NCBI GenBank assembly: GCA_035525905.1
Contig: DATLDK010000087.1
Span: 1-62,334 of the forward strand
Direction: 5' to 3'
DNA length: 62,334 nt
DNA from: Gaiellaceae bacterium
GTDB taxonomy: Bacteria; Actinomycetota; Thermoleophilia; Gaiellales; Gaiellaceae
The notes beneath the pieces are model-generated. The model searched no databases. It saw only the letters and a list, made by a program, of their open reading frames with translations, and was not told the DNA's origin. The position numbers and the translations under genes are program-made. The first letter of the stretch is position 1, and the number at the start of each line of letters is the position of its first letter. This document shows, piece by piece, positions 60,949 to 62,334 of this stretch.

Positions 60949-60974
60949 GCGGGGCGCCCGGGTGGGCGCCCCGC
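60949..60974 (-). other. intercistronic 11-bp GC hairpin between malE and malF
   Basis: GCGGGGCGCCC-GGGT-GGGCGCCCCGC lies 12 nt downstream of the malE stop (60986-60988). Confidence 0.6.
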
Positions 60975-60985
60975 TACGAGGACGT

Positions 60986-62236
60986 CTAGCCGATCTTGTT
61001 GGCGATGTTGCGTGCAGCGGTCGAGAAGGCGGTCCGGGCCTTGACTGCGCCGGCCCCCTTCGTCGCCTTCACCCAGGCACCGCCGAGGTCGCTCCAGACG
61101 CTCGACATCTGCGGGATGTTCGGCATCGGGACGCCGCCGGCGCCCGCCTTGCCGAACTGCGCGAGGACGGGATCCTGGACCGACTTGCCTGCAACCGTGT
61201 TGGCCGGGAAGCGACCGTTCGCCGCCGCCAGGGCAACCTGTCCGGCGGGCCGCATCATGTAGCTGCCGACGAGATCCTTGGCGGCGCTCTCGAGCCCGTG
61301 GGTCGTGGCGAACTTCGTCACCATGAAGCCCTGGACGCCGAGGAACGGCACCGACTTGAACTTGATCGCAGGCACCTGCACGATCTTGAAGGAGAGCTTG
61401 CTCGACTTGAGCGTGTCCGACTCCCACGGGCCGGTGATCCAGAAGGCGGCCTTGCCCTTCAGGAACGCATCCTTCGCGACGCCGTAGTCGATCTTGGAGT
61501 TGAGGAAGCCGGTCCTGTTCCACGCGTCGATCTGAGCGGCGTTCGCCAGGAAAGTCCTGTTGGCAACACCGATGTCCGACGCGTCCAGGTTGCCGGCCTT
61601 GTTGACCCCGAAGACGTAGCCGCCGAGGCCGGAGAAGAACGGGTACATGTGGTACGCGTCACCGGCGGCGCCCTGCGGCACGGCGACCGCGAGGTTGCCG
61701 CTCGCCTTCCTCTTGAACGCCAGCGCAGCGGCCTGGAACTGCGCGAAGGTCTTGGGGACCTTGGCGAGCTTCGTGTTGACGACGAGGCCGATGTTCTCGA
61801 GCACGACCGGGGCGCCGTACAGGCGCTTGACGGCGGTGCCGTACGAGAACGCGCCGAGCGCGTAGGCCGGGAACTGCGCCCTGGTCGCTGCGCTCGGGAA
61901 CAGCGGCAGGACGAGGCCGTCGGCCGCGAGCTGACCGGTCCAGTCGTGGGCGCCGATGATCACGTCCGGTGCGGTTTCCGGCTGAACCGTCTTGAGGTCG
62001 TCGCGGATCTTCCCGAAGTCCTTCTCGACCACTTCGACGCTGAGGCCCTTCGACGAGGCCCACGCGCCGACGACCTTCTCGACCGCTGCCTTCCGGTCCT
62101 TGTCCGTCCAGACCCGGATCGTTGTCGCCGCGGCGCTGTGCGAGCTGGGTGCGGCGGCAGACGGGCCGGCGACCAGGAGCAGCGCCGCAGCGACGGCCAG
62201 CAGGCCCGTCCCGAGGCGCGAGGTGCGCTTGCTCAT
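60986..62236 (-). CDS. malE: maltose/maltodextrin ABC transporter substrate-binding protein
   Basis: 416-aa ORF with a signal peptide and overall MalE-like sequence (IRVWTDKD...DVIIGAHDWTGQL). Confidence 0.85.
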   Translation of the reverse strand: MSKRTSRLGTGLLAVAAALLLVAGPSAAAPSSHSAAATTIRVWTDKDRKAAVEKVVGAWASSKGLSVEVVEKDFGKIRDDLKTVQPETAPDVIIGAHDWTGQLAADGLVLPLFPSAATRAQFPAYALGAFSYGTAVKRLYGAPVVLENIGLVVNTKLAKVPKTFAQFQAAALAFKRKASGNLAVAVPQGAAGDAYHMYPFFSGLGGYVFGVNKAGNLDASDIGVANRTFLANAAQIDAWNRTGFLNSKIDYGVAKDAFLKGKAAFWITGPWESDTLKSSKLSFKIVQVPAIKFKSVPFLGVQGFMVTKFATTHGLESAAKDLVGSYMMRPAGQVALAAANGRFPANTVAGKSVQDPVLAQFGKAGAGGVPMPNIPQMSSVWSDLGGAWVKATKGAGAVKARTAFSTAARNIANKIG

Positions 62237-62294
62237 GTGCGTTTTCCCTTCCTCTCCGAGGTTCCGCGGTGCTAGCCACCGCCAACCGAAAACT

Positions 62295-62312
62295 GTTTCA
62301 TTGTCGTGAAAC
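62295..62312. promoter_or_regulatory. inverted repeat GTTTCA-N6-TGAAAC upstream of malE (candidate operator)
   Basis: It lies 59-76 nt upstream of the malE ATG and about 9 nt downstream of a TAGCAT -10-like hexamer (62327-62322, minus strand). The -35 region lies outside the window. Confidence 0.4.
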
Positions 62313-62334
62313 GCCCGGGCGATGCTATGAGCCT

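Overview
This is a very GC-rich chromosomal core segment; third codon positions are almost always G/C. Gene content and order look actinobacterial: rplM-rpsI-glmM-glmS, guaB-guaA, pyrF, pyrE, rph-rdgB and murI. I call about 66 tightly packed protein-coding genes, and many are joined by 1-8 nt start/stop overlaps. I saw no rRNA, tRNA, CRISPR array, transposase or integrase. Recognisable modules are: an ECF sigma / membrane propeller pair surrounded by secreted beta-propeller proteins and an M14 peptidase; a copZ-copA-csoR copper operon with a CsoR-type operator; an NAD-type formate dehydrogenase locus (fused NuoE/F-like subunit, FdhA, FdhD, MobA); and a complete maltodextrin locus (malE-malF-malG, cytoplasmic GH13, MsiK-type ATPase, secreted GH13). 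The strongest observations are these. (1) Two genes are interrupted by in-frame TGA codons at the position of a catalytic Cys/Sec. One is the FdhA molybdopterin subunit. The other is a peroxiredoxin-like gene whose TGA is followed at once by a perfect 9-bp hairpin, and the ORF track truncates this gene. (2) An AT-rich, nearly perfect palindrome (GTGTTTC-W-GAAASAC inside a ~25-nt conserved block) occurs three times inside coding sequence. (3) A 17-bp tandem duplication of the rplM start creates a 6-codon mini-ORF chained by ATGA overlaps between an MFS gene and rplM. (4) A LexA-type box lies in front of a DnaQ-exonuclease/GIY-YIG fusion gene. I found no convincing self-contained novel multi-gene system such as a defence island. 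Several uncharacterised secreted or small proteins are flagged with low interest. All coordinates for shortened starts were derived by counting codons in the supplied ORF track, so start codons are less certain than stops.
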